IMG/VR virus record: IMGVR_UViG_3300012954_000007
DNA length: 64,000 nucleotides
From: a virus
Direction: 5' to 3' (one strand)
Of the stretch, positions 29,643 to 39,372 are shown piece after piece. The translations under genes were made by a program, and so were the position numbers. The first letter of the stretch is position 1, and the number at the start of each line of letters is the position of its first letter. The notes under the pieces were generated by a model. The model was not told the DNA's origin. It searched no databases and saw only the letters and a program-made list of their open reading frames with translations.

Positions 29643-32108
29643 ATGGGAACAGGATACATATCAAAAACAGGGAGTAGTGGTCTAATATCGGTAAGACTAA
29701 CTGACGCTGGAAGAAAAAAATTATCACAAGGTCAACTATCATTGACCAAATTCCAATTAGGGGATAGTGAATTTTGTTATAATTGTTATACACAAGTACT
29801 AACACAATCTAACGGAATTTTTATTATAGAACCTAAATGGAATTCACAAAACATTTCTAATATATCATATGAATTAAATAAAATGAATGTTAAATATCCG
29901 ATTCCTTTATCGGATGTTAGTTCAGCACAAACTTATGGTGTTCTACAACCACAACCAACCGAAAATCCTGTTTTTAATACTGCTAGACCTAGAGGTTTTT
30001 TCTCAGGTGATACTAGTACATCCTACTCAGCTATAACCACATCTGACTATATTTATGGTTCTAACTGGTGTATACCATTTAGTGGATTGACAGGAGGTAG
30101 TCAAATGTTATTAGTGAGTGGTGCGTGTAACTCTATTAGTTATACACCCACTGTTGGTGATTTAGTTATGGTACAATATTTTGGTCCTTACCAAGACACA
30201 GTAGCAGATTGTAATAGTGAATTTTTAAACATACCACAAAATAACCCAGTACCTTATCTCTTTTATAATGTTGTTTCCGCTACTACCGATAGTGGGGGTA
30301 TTCCTGTAATTACTAGTGCTAATACTGGTACTACCGTGTTTGTCAGTGTAGATAGAGATATTCCTGATTTTACAATGTATAGTGACACTGGATTATGTGC
30401 TAAAATAATAATTTATCCTAAGGGTAATATGTTGAATTTTTATGGAGCTGATACACCAATTCCTTATTGGTCACCAGGTTCATTATCTTTTGATAATAAT
30501 TGTGATGTTTCTGTAAAAGATGTGAATGTTTGGAATATGAACATTAACTGGACTCAGTATTACGATAATACATTAAACTGGGCAACTGTAGCAGGAACTA
30601 ATAATACCGTGTATGAAGATGTGAACGAATATGGTTCTAGTGGTTATTGTGGAACTAAAGAGTACTTAGGTTATAACAACTTCGAAGGTCAATTTGATAG
30701 TACTAATATGCCAGACTACTACGGTTCCATTCCCGCTTTAGGTTATACTCCTCAGTTTTCTGGAACTTATGTGAGAGATTCTTTTGGTAATATACGTAGT
30801 ATTGTACCAGAAGACCAAAGGTGTATAGCAGTTTTACATTACACTAATGAAACTATTTCTAATTTTTATGGAGAAAAATTTGCTTTAATGAAAACTGGAG
30901 AAGGGGGAGCTAATGGTGTTGGAGAAATGCAAAACTTTAAAATTCATATGCCTACTTTAATGTGGCATAAGAAAAAAGGAGGAAATAGTGGTTCTGGTAT
31001 CGGTACTGGAATGGGAGACGAATGTACTATAGGTCAAACATTCTATGTTCAACCTCCAGGTTATGCTGATGTTGCACAAGTACAATACATCGCTTCTACT
31101 GTCAATCCTGATATGAATGAACCAGGAATTAGATATTATCATTTATGGGATGATAACTTAGCTGCCACATCAGGGACAACAGCGGTACCTAATAGAGTGG
31201 GTAAAGTTTTCCCAGATTTACAAATGATAACTATTGATGACCAAGAATTGGTAGCTTCCATGAGTTACAAATCTAATAGGAATTGGACACTCCCTATGCC
31301 TAAATTAGAATTGGTAGCAGAAAATACTAATATATGTGCTACACCACCATCTTGTAGTGGTGGATTCTTTAGTAGTGGAGGTGGAGTCTCCTTACCTAAC
31401 AGTGAACAAGTGTGGGTAAGTTATCTATTAGAAAGTACTTCTGGTTATACTACAGGATTACATTGTAATTATTATCCATACATTATTGGAGATACCACAA
31501 CAGGAGCTAAAGACGTGTCTATACAATTTGGAAGTGAGTTCCCATTCTTAAGAGAATACGATAATGAGTTATGTGTTCCTTTCTCAGGTTCAGGTGTTCA
31601 AGCAGATAAATTTCACGTACTCTACCAAAAAACAGCTTTAGGTGTTCCACCAGACCCTGCTTTTTGGTCTAAAATTGATATGACTTCAGAAATTGTTGGC
31701 CACAGTGTTGGAAATCCTATCCAAGCTACAGGACTAACATCCTCTATTTTCTATTTAACTTGTGATACTTTACTAAGTGCAACCACATATAATGTTCATG
31801 ATTATATTAACATACCACTTAATAATGGACAAGAACCAAATAGCTTACAGTTTGGGGATGAGTATTTCTTTTATGGAAATTTAGAAAGTGATATCATGGC
31901 AACTATTTACGAGATGAGATATGGAATTACATTGGCTCCTGGTCAATTTAGTACTTCGTTAAACCCAAGTTGGGACGTTAATAATTTAGTAAGGATAACA
32001 GAAATTGGTCTATATGACAATACCAGTGATTTAATGGCAATCGCAAAACTTAAAAATCCAACTTTAAGAACAGGTGCTCAAACATTCCAGATAAAAATAG
32101 ATTTTTAA
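29643..32108 (+). CDS. Tail fibre-attachment-type protein (P2 gpH/DUF3751-like termini with a large insert)
   Basis: N-terminal VRLTDAGRKKL..FQLGD and C-terminal RITEIGLYD...LMAIAKLKNP. Confidence 0.7.
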   Translation: MGTGYISKTGSSGLISVRLTDAGRKKLSQGQLSLTKFQLGDSEFCYNCYTQVLTQSNGIFIIEPKWNSQNISNISYELNKMNVKYPIPLSDVSSAQTYGVLQPQPTENPVFNTARPRGFFSGDTSTSYSAITTSDYIYGSNWCIPFSGLTGGSQMLLVSGACNSISYTPTVGDLVMVQYFGPYQDTVADCNSEFLNIPQNNPVPYLFYNVVSATTDSGGIPVITSANTGTTVFVSVDRDIPDFTMYSDTGLCAKIIIYPKGNMLNFYGADTPIPYWSPGSLSFDNNCDVSVKDVNVWNMNINWTQYYDNTLNWATVAGTNNTVYEDVNEYGSSGYCGTKEYLGYNNFEGQFDSTNMPDYYGSIPALGYTPQFSGTYVRDSFGNIRSIVPEDQRCIAVLHYTNETISNFYGEKFALMKTGEGGANGVGEMQNFKIHMPTLMWHKKKGGNSGSGIGTGMGDECTIGQTFYVQPPGYADVAQVQYIASTVNPDMNEPGIRYYHLWDDNLAATSGTTAVPNRVGKVFPDLQMITIDDQELVASMSYKSNRNWTLPMPKLELVAENTNICATPPSCSGGFFSSGGGVSLPNSEQVWVSYLLESTSGYTTGLHCNYYPYIIGDTTTGAKDVSIQFGSEFPFLREYDNELCVPFSGSGVQADKFHVLYQKTALGVPPDPAFWSKIDMTSEIVGHSVGNPIQATGLTSSIFYLTCDTLLSATTYNVHDYINIPLNNGQEPNSLQFGDEYFFYGNLESDIMATIYEMRYGITLAPGQFSTSLNPSWDVNNLVRITEIGLYDNTSDLMAIAKLKNPTLRTGAQTFQIKIDF

Positions 32109-32120
32109 AAAATATAATTG

Positions 32121-35100
32121 ATGGGGTTTTTAGGAAATCTAGATAAAATAAATACTCTTGAAATGTTCCTTACTGATAAGGGTAAGGAACTCATGCTAAA
32201 AGAAAATGGTTTAGGTCTTTTTGACTTAATAACTAGATTTAGTTTAGATGATGAGGATTACGACTATAGGAGAACCAGTGAGGTATGGGTAGATGGGATA
32301 TCTCCTGTCCCAGATGGTAGTTTACTTCCTTTTGGTACAACACAAGGACTCACTAATAATACTGGTGGACCAGTTTGGTTTGATAATTTAAGTGTTAATA
32401 ACCCTTGTAGGTCTTGTGATGGAACCGATTGTGCTCCCCTTTCGGGAGACTGTTGGTATGATATGCCAGATGTAAGAGGTGATAGGGGTACTAAAATAAT
32501 TAGTTGTTTTTCAGAGACTGGTCAAACACAAGGAGTTAAAGCGTGTACTAATATATATGCATTTTATGATGTTACTTCAGTATCTAGAACTGATGCGGAT
32601 GCGGCCAAAATAGGTTTAGAAAGTTGGTTTAGTACAGTAACGGCGACCACCTCTAATTACACAGGTAAACTATTTCATATTGCTGTTTTTGGTGAAAGAT
32701 GGATAAATACAAGTTGGTATCCATGGAATGGAAAATTAGATACTTGGGAATGGACACCATGTGGTAATGGTTATGCGGGGTCAAGTTTAGGTTATTCTTG
32801 TGGTAGCAATAGTTCTACATTTTTAGGCCCAGTCACTGGACCGACAAACCCGGCTGGGTCACCCTACTATCGAAACCCCACAACTGGTTTATATTTACAA
32901 GCAGATAATGGTACTGTTTCTGGTGTTGGTACTGGAAATTGGACAGGGTTTAATGAATTACCTCCTAATGCTAGTGTTAGTAATTACGGTAATGGTACTG
33001 GTGGTATAGCTGAATTCTGGACTACTGGATGTACTCTAGTAAGTGCAAAAAATAAGTCCGCGTATGATTATAATCCTACATTTTCTGGTACTATACTAGG
33101 TATACCTGTTACCGCATACAGTAGTACTAATATCGTTTTTGCTACTACAGCTTTTACTGGGACTATATTTAGTGGATACACACCAAATGATTTTACAATC
33201 AGTACAACTTCTGGAATACCCGCTGCTGGGACTAGTTTAAATCTTTTTGGTACTTTACCGATAAATTTATGTGAGGATAATTGTTGTCCTGATAGAGATT
33301 ATAACGGACCTGGACTTTTTGGATGTCAAGAATGTAACCCTTTTGACAATAGAATCACTAGTGGAAAAATCTATAAATATGAAAATAAAGGAACCCAGTG
33401 GACAAGTATAGTTACGGGTTCCACACCTTATACTGCAGGTACAATGGATTTTAATTTAATACAAAGTGTAGCTGACTGTGTAAAATATAGGGGGATGGAC
33501 CGTAATGTACTAGTTGTTGATATTTTTGACGAAACTCAAGGTGGAGAAGACCAAGATAATTCTAGTGCAAGAGCGGGTGGTATTTTACCTTTAGGAATTA
33601 AATCCTACTATAATGGTGATTCCGGAAACCCAGCATCTTTAAATACGACAATCTTAGGAGACTCAGGTGGTGAACTAGACCCCAACTGGGGTGTAAATGA
33701 CAATACTGGATATCACGGAAAATTAGTGGTTGGGGGTGTACAACAACCACCAGATTTAACTAACAACTGGGGAATTTATACTCCAGGTAATCAAATCCAA
33801 GCTAGACAACAACAACCTACAGAAGATTACAGGTACTCACAAGACCTTTTCTTAAAGACTCATGGGTTATATGAAAATTTCCAAGGATTCATATATCCAG
33901 TAGTTCCTTTAGATAGTGGTGTTTCTGGTAACGCTACTAGTGCTAAAATGGTTTTTCCTCTTCACTTATATGGTGCTTTATATGGAGACATTGTACCCGT
34001 ATCAGAATTTCAAGACAACCCTACTGTTGTTGCTGTTGGAGGGACATTATCCGCATGTACAATTACAAATGATTATGATGTATTAATACCAGTCACATAC
34101 GACCCTAGTGGTGTGGTAGTAAGTTCACCTACTTTATACAATACAAATCCATTAAATCTACATAATTGGGAACCTTTTGATTCTTCACAATTTACATCTG
34201 CTAATGCGATAACACCTCTATTCCCTTACACTAAAGGAATGAAAAACTTCGGGTGGGACTTTAACCCAACAGTAGGTTGTACAGGATTCCCTTGTAATGT
34301 AGGTAATATATTTAGTGGGGGAACTTTTGAAAATGACCTCAATGGTTTCATTACAGGTTCAAGTTTCTTTATTACAACTACTTTAACAGCTTGTACCGAA
34401 TGTCAATGTTTACCCGCTGTTTTCATTAATAAAAAAGGACCTATAGAAGTAATTGATGATGGTTGTCCTTGTCCAGACGGTACAATTAGTCAAGAATGTT
34501 GTGAAGGAGACCCAGACCCAGACCCAGATAATCCCATAACACAAGGTATATGTGGGCCCTTACCTGCTTCTCCTACAAATGGAGGTGGAAATTCTCAGAT
34601 AATAGGACAATCGGGTGTAAGTACAAATCCACCTGAAGAACCAACGAATGATTTATACCTTCCTAAATCATATACTAATTTTAGAAGTGGTATAAATGAT
34701 AAAGATACAGGGATAGGAGCTGATTTACCTCCTTTAAAAACAACTTCTAATTTCCATAACTATAGTTCTTTCTATACGGTAGATTTTGATATTAATTTAC
34801 AACAGTATTATGAAAATAATAGTTTAAAATGGGATGTAGAATTTGTAAGTACATCTAGATATGGTGAACATATAATACAAGAAGGTGACGGTTCTACTTT
34901 TTACTGGTTAATAAGTTCTGGATATAAAAGTTCTAAACTAAATCCGAAAGAAACAAAAGCTTGTGTAAGTCCTACTATAGACACCATTAATTTAAATAAA
35001 AGAAATTCTAAAGGTATAAACATAGCTTACTTAAAAGGTTACTGGAATGAAAGTGAAACTGAAAAATTTAGTAGTATTGATAACAAATATTCATATACAA

Positions 35101-35402
35101 TTAAAAAAGAATCTAGTGGTGGAGAAATAAAATCAGATTTATTTACAAACGGTGGTGAATATTTATTAAATGGTCAAAATTATGTTGGTTCATATCATGT
35201 TCACCCAGATAAGGGACCGATGGTAGGTGCTTTTCATGTTTCACAACCACATGAATATTTAACACCAGTTAGTGACCCTATAGTAAAATATGAATTTTGT
35301 GTTACTATGGTTTACACATATAAAAGTAAATTATTGAAAAAAACAAAACGTTTTAGTGTAATAGGAAATAGCTACGGTTATAAATTAAATGTCAAGTCAT
35401 AA
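32121..35402 (+). CDS. Tail-cluster protein with LTDKG N-terminus and vWA-like module
   Basis: ATG at 32121 preferred over TTG at 32118; FLTDKGKEL...RFSLDDEDYDY; contains a module paralogous to one in 17333..25783. Confidence 0.75.
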   Translation: MGFLGNLDKINTLEMFLTDKGKELMLKENGLGLFDLITRFSLDDEDYDYRRTSEVWVDGISPVPDGSLLPFGTTQGLTNNTGGPVWFDNLSVNNPCRSCDGTDCAPLSGDCWYDMPDVRGDRGTKIISCFSETGQTQGVKACTNIYAFYDVTSVSRTDADAAKIGLESWFSTVTATTSNYTGKLFHIAVFGERWINTSWYPWNGKLDTWEWTPCGNGYAGSSLGYSCGSNSSTFLGPVTGPTNPAGSPYYRNPTTGLYLQADNGTVSGVGTGNWTGFNELPPNASVSNYGNGTGGIAEFWTTGCTLVSAKNKSAYDYNPTFSGTILGIPVTAYSSTNIVFATTAFTGTIFSGYTPNDFTISTTSGIPAAGTSLNLFGTLPINLCEDNCCPDRDYNGPGLFGCQECNPFDNRITSGKIYKYENKGTQWTSIVTGSTPYTAGTMDFNLIQSVADCVKYRGMDRNVLVVDIFDETQGGEDQDNSSARAGGILPLGIKSYYNGDSGNPASLNTTILGDSGGELDPNWGVNDNTGYHGKLVVGGVQQPPDLTNNWGIYTPGNQIQARQQQPTEDYRYSQDLFLKTHGLYENFQGFIYPVVPLDSGVSGNATSAKMVFPLHLYGALYGDIVPVSEFQDNPTVVAVGGTLSACTITNDYDVLIPVTYDPSGVVVSSPTLYNTNPLNLHNWEPFDSSQFTSANAITPLFPYTKGMKNFGWDFNPTVGCTGFPCNVGNIFSGGTFENDLNGFITGSSFFITTTLTACTECQCLPAVFINKKGPIEVIDDGCPCPDGTISQECCEGDPDPDPDNPITQGICGPLPASPTNGGGNSQIIGQSGVSTNPPEEPTNDLYLPKSYTNFRSGINDKDTGIGADLPPLKTTSNFHNYSSFYTVDFDINLQQYYENNSLKWDVEFVSTSRYGEHIIQEGDGSTFYWLISSGYKSSKLNPKETKACVSPTIDTINLNKRNSKGINIAYLKGYWNESETEKFSSIDNKYSYTIKKESSGGEIKSDLFTNGGEYLLNGQNYVGSYHVHPDKGPMVGAFHVSQPHEYLTPVSDPIVKYEFCVTMVYTYKSKLLKKTKRFSVIGNSYGYKLNVKS

Positions 35403-35457
35403 TGGTTTACATTCAGGAAATAAAAATTAAGATAATTATATAATAAGAAACAATAAA

Positions 35458-37131
35458 ATGGGATATATAACAAGTGCAACTACACAATATTTAGACCTTC
35501 ACATGACGGAGAGAGGTAGGAAATTTCTATTACAAGGAAGTTTAGCGGACCAGATAGTTAAATTTGCGTTAGGTGATACAGATAAAGATTATCGTAATAG
35601 TCTAAATCTAGATTCTGGATTTGTTCCAGATGTAACAGGTAACCATAATAATTGTATTTTTGGTGTTAATGATGGTTATGATATAAGGGACAAAATCACA
35701 TACGTTGAGGGTGGTACATCCTTAAGTAACCAACAACTAATGTCTAAAATGATGGTTGGGTATACAGACCCTACGACTAACACACCAGTATGGGGTAGTA
35801 GAGTAACTACTAACTTATATATCCATGATTGGTTTACAGCACTAAGAGTAGCTGCTTTTTCTGAAATAGGAAACCATTCTTGGGCAAATCTGACACAAAC
35901 TGATTTCACAGGATATTTCAATACCATATTTCAACCGTCAGGTAAAGCATGGTCTTTAAATATAGGTGGTCTTTTTGACGCGATGGAAGATAAAGGAAGA
36001 GGTGTAGGTTTATCTATAGCTAAGAAATTCTTCACACAAGAAAAAAATTCTTATGTTCCATCAAATAATCAAATTAAATTGGTTGGAGAAACAGCTTCAC
36101 TATTTCCTATATTTTTTGGTGGAGCTTATGTTACCTCTCAAAATCAAGAAGTAACTTTAAAAGGCCCACAAAGAGGACTTAGAAGAAAAGCTACAACAAT
36201 TTCTTCACCATTTGCTCTTACTAACAATACCTTTAAAAATATAAAAAACCAAGCTTTTGTAGGTGCTGGTGACATGAGTTTAAGTTTAGGGTCCTACTTA
36301 GATTATGGTTATATGTTTGGTCAATTAGTAGAAAACATAACCTACTATCCATCTTATGGGTTTTATAACGAAATAGGTGGTATGTACAGTATTTTTGATG
36401 TACAAAACCCTAGTTTCAATAGCAGATTTACTCAAGGAAAAGGTAAAGATTTAAATACATTAGTACCGATGGGTAGAGCGATATTACCATTTAACCCTAC
36501 TAGTAACGCATATTTCCCATTACAAACAAATCAAATTAATAGTAATAATACTACTAATTTTAAATCGGAGTCTGGTACTGCTGTAGGAATGAATTTAGCA
36601 GATAGTACAGCTCCTCTAAATACTCTAAGTAAATTTTTATCAGGAACCGCTTTATACACTATAAATAATGAAGTAAGAGGTTATGATAATGTATTTACAC
36701 CTAGTAAACCTTCTGGAGAATTACGTGAACCTAGGACTGGATTAGAACTATTAATAGAACACACCATAGATTTCTTTGATGCGTTAACTGTTGATTCTAA
36801 AACTACTAATTTTATAACTACTACAGGAGAAGGTTTAGAAAAAGAATACAACATTCCTTTCACTTTTGAGATATGTAATAGTGAAAATTCAGCAGTGTCG
36901 GCAGCAGTATTAACCGTAAATATAAACTTTAGTTTAAAAGCTTTATTTGAAAACTTTACCTATTTAGACCCTACACCTACTAGTCCTAGAAGAATTTTAG
37001 TTTGGGATAATAGTAAAAAAGAAAATAGATTTTATGGAGCAGGTGCAGCAGCAGGAGATTATACCATAAACCCATTAGCTTCTACCACCACAGGTGGATA
37101 CGCTATATTTAATAGTAGCTCAATAACTTAA
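35458..37131 (+). CDS. Tail-cluster protein, paralogous N-terminus (MTERGRKFL...KFALGDTDKDY)
   Basis: N-terminus shared with the 29643 and 32121 genes. Confidence 0.72.
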   Translation: MGYITSATTQYLDLHMTERGRKFLLQGSLADQIVKFALGDTDKDYRNSLNLDSGFVPDVTGNHNNCIFGVNDGYDIRDKITYVEGGTSLSNQQLMSKMMVGYTDPTTNTPVWGSRVTTNLYIHDWFTALRVAAFSEIGNHSWANLTQTDFTGYFNTIFQPSGKAWSLNIGGLFDAMEDKGRGVGLSIAKKFFTQEKNSYVPSNNQIKLVGETASLFPIFFGGAYVTSQNQEVTLKGPQRGLRRKATTISSPFALTNNTFKNIKNQAFVGAGDMSLSLGSYLDYGYMFGQLVENITYYPSYGFYNEIGGMYSIFDVQNPSFNSRFTQGKGKDLNTLVPMGRAILPFNPTSNAYFPLQTNQINSNNTTNFKSESGTAVGMNLADSTAPLNTLSKFLSGTALYTINNEVRGYDNVFTPSKPSGELREPRTGLELLIEHTIDFFDALTVDSKTTNFITTTGEGLEKEYNIPFTFEICNSENSAVSAAVLTVNINFSLKALFENFTYLDPTPTSPRRILVWDNSKKENRFYGAGAAAGDYTINPLASTTTGGYAIFNSSSIT

Positions 37132-37134
37132 GAT

Positions 37135-37620
37135 ATGTCAAACAAAACTAAAACAGTAATAGATACTTTTATAAGTCAATTTGGAAACACCCCTAATGGT
37201 GTTACACCAGTAAAATACGGTGCGGGAACTAGTTATACCGATGCATCGGCAAGTCAAACTGGTCAAGTACCAAGTAATAACTTACATACAACAGGAGAAT
37301 TAGAAGGTTCTAATTATGTAAGAACTCTATTTATTTCTGTAGAAAATGAAATTGGTGATGAAGAAAAGGACGGAGTTAATTTACTAACATACACTCCGGC
37401 GGTAACTTATCAGAGTAATGTTAACGGAATTACTGACCCTAGATTAGTCCACAAATTACATTTCCAAGGGGCACAGTTTTTAACTTTATCGTCCGACGGA
37501 AAAAGTTTAACACCCTTAAGAAATCGAAATGTGACCACTATGGGTATAACACCAAGGTCTACAAACAGTGGTGGAATGACAGGTGGTGGTTCTACAAGCT
37601 CTGGAGGTGGAGGATATTAA
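37135..37620 (+). CDS. Hypothetical protein (tail cluster)
   Basis: ORF in the operon; Gly/Ser tail ending SSGGGGY. Confidence 0.65.
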   Translation: MSNKTKTVIDTFISQFGNTPNGVTPVKYGAGTSYTDASASQTGQVPSNNLHTTGELEGSNYVRTLFISVENEIGDEEKDGVNLLTYTPAVTYQSNVNGITDPRLVHKLHFQGAQFLTLSSDGKSLTPLRNRNVTTMGITPRSTNSGGMTGGGSTSSGGGGY

Positions 37621-37649
37621 TATAAAAATTAAAAAATAAATAAATAAAA

Positions 37650-38744
37650 ATGGATTTTAAACCCGTATCAAGTAAAACAGTAGAAAGTGAAATAGTACCA
37701 TTTGGTACCTTAAACCCAGCTTTTAATGGATATAATGAAGTGCTTGGAAATAGTCTAAAAATGACAGTAGCACAAAGAGACCCTAACAATGGGAGACCGT
37801 TTTCTAATTTGTACTCCTCATTCAATCTACCAGCAGCTAATTTTGTAGTTAACTCTTGGGATATTGAGTGGAGTTCTAACGCTTTACAACAAATTGAAAA
37901 TGATGATAATGTTGTAGTAATAGAAATACCTAAAAATAGTTATGGTGAATTAATAGATGGTAGAACAATAAAACTAACTTTACCTTACATTACTGGTGGT
38001 ACTTTTGATTGTTATAGTTCTTATTATTTAGCTTATAACGCCTCTAGTGACCCTAGTCAAGAAGCTGAATATTTTGGACATACTTCAGCTTTAAATTTAG
38101 GGTATAGTAATCCAGATGTGGAAACACCTAGTACAAATGTGGCTTTTTTATTTTCTGATAAATTTCGTGAACCAGCTGGTGGAGGAAGTTGGTCAGATGG
38201 TTATACCACATCTTCACCTCCTGCAGGTTATCCTGACGCTACCACGTTTTTTAGTTTTAGTCAGGATAAAAAAGTGGCTCTTAGTTCATCTGGAGCAACA
38301 ACAGGTCTAGACGAACCGATAGGTATATGTTATTTAGACAAAGGATTTATCGTTATAACTGATTCTGGGGTTACTCAAAGTATTAACTGGTCAGCTTCAA
38401 CTATGGGTACTGGATATACATACAGTGCGTTAACCCAAGTTAGTTTCGCTTCTGACGCCTCTCTTACTTTCTATAGTTTTGAAAAACAATGGGTTTTAAA
38501 TGTATTATGTGAAGCAAATCCACAAGAGTTTGGAGTTACAAAAAATCCTACTGCAGCAGATTTAAATCCTACCGTTAATGCAAATGGTGAATACGAGTTA
38601 TTTTCTGTTAACAAACCTGTTTACATTAGTGAAGTTGGGTTGTATGATACTGATGGGAATATGTTAGCAATAGCTAAACCCGATAAACCAGTAGAAAAGT
38701 ATTATAACAATCCATCCTACTTTAATTTGAAATTTAGATTTTAA
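37650..38744 (+). CDS. Tail-cluster protein with C-terminal ISEVGLYD...LAIAKP motif
   Basis: C-terminus paralogous to that of 29643..32108. Confidence 0.72.
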   Translation: MDFKPVSSKTVESEIVPFGTLNPAFNGYNEVLGNSLKMTVAQRDPNNGRPFSNLYSSFNLPAANFVVNSWDIEWSSNALQQIENDDNVVVIEIPKNSYGELIDGRTIKLTLPYITGGTFDCYSSYYLAYNASSDPSQEAEYFGHTSALNLGYSNPDVETPSTNVAFLFSDKFREPAGGGSWSDGYTTSSPPAGYPDATTFFSFSQDKKVALSSSGATTGLDEPIGICYLDKGFIVITDSGVTQSINWSASTMGTGYTYSALTQVSFASDASLTFYSFEKQWVLNVLCEANPQEFGVTKNPTAADLNPTVNANGEYELFSVNKPVYISEVGLYDTDGNMLAIAKPDKPVEKYYNNPSYFNLKFRF

Positions 38745-39338
38745 ATGGCATTAAAAAAAGAACCTAAAATTTTAGGATTAGATGTCTCAACTAAAACAAT
38801 TGGTTGGGCATTATTTGGTATTAATTCACAAAATTTACTTGAATTAACACATTTTTCTCCCAGAGTAAGTCCTAGACCTGAAGATAAAATAGAAGAGTTA
38901 CTCAAAAAATCTGTTGCTTTTGAAGAAAAATTAAAAGAAGTAAAAGATTATAATATTATTAAAGTTGTAATAGAAGAACCATTATTAACATCAAATAATA
39001 TTTACACTGTTAGTTCTTTATTGAGGTATAATTCTATGATAGTTAAAACAGTTTATGATGTTTTAGGTATTGTACCTAACTTTATATCTACCTATAATTC
39101 TAGAAAATTTGCACATCCTTCCCTTTACAGTTACAATGATAAAGGTAAGAAAGTTTTATTTGGAGGTTTTCCTAAAGGGTGTGATAAAAAACATTTGGTG
39201 TGGGAGTTAGTTAAAAATGATGAACCACAGATAGTTTGGCCATATGCGAGAACAGGTAATCTTAAGAAAGAGTGTTACGATATGTCAGACGCTTATACTT
39301 GTGTTAAAGGTTACATGACTCAAAACGAAATCTGGTAA
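38745..39338 (+). CDS. RuvC-like Holliday junction resolvase
   Basis: RNase H-fold acidic motifs ILGLDVSTKTIGWA, VVIEEP and DMSDAY. Confidence 0.85.
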   Translation: MALKKEPKILGLDVSTKTIGWALFGINSQNLLELTHFSPRVSPRPEDKIEELLKKSVAFEEKLKEVKDYNIIKVVIEEPLLTSNNIYTVSSLLRYNSMIVKTVYDVLGIVPNFISTYNSRKFAHPSLYSYNDKGKKVLFGGFPKGCDKKHLVWELVKNDEPQIVWPYARTGNLKKECYDMSDAYTCVKGYMTQNEIW

Positions 39339-39367
39339 TTGACATTTCATTTGTAAATGTTATATTT
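39339..39367 (+). promoter_or_regulatory. Putative promoter (TTGACA ... TATATTT) upstream of primase
   Basis: TTGACA at 39339, then TATATT at 39361 (16-nt spacer), in the short intergenic gap. Confidence 0.4.
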
Positions 39368-39372
39368 AACAG

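Noticed and set aside
3481-38744. Bacterial contractile injection system (eCIS/T6SS) instead of a phage tail
   Set aside because: The cluster is flanked by phage-type replication and recombination genes, and no housekeeping chromosome context is seen.
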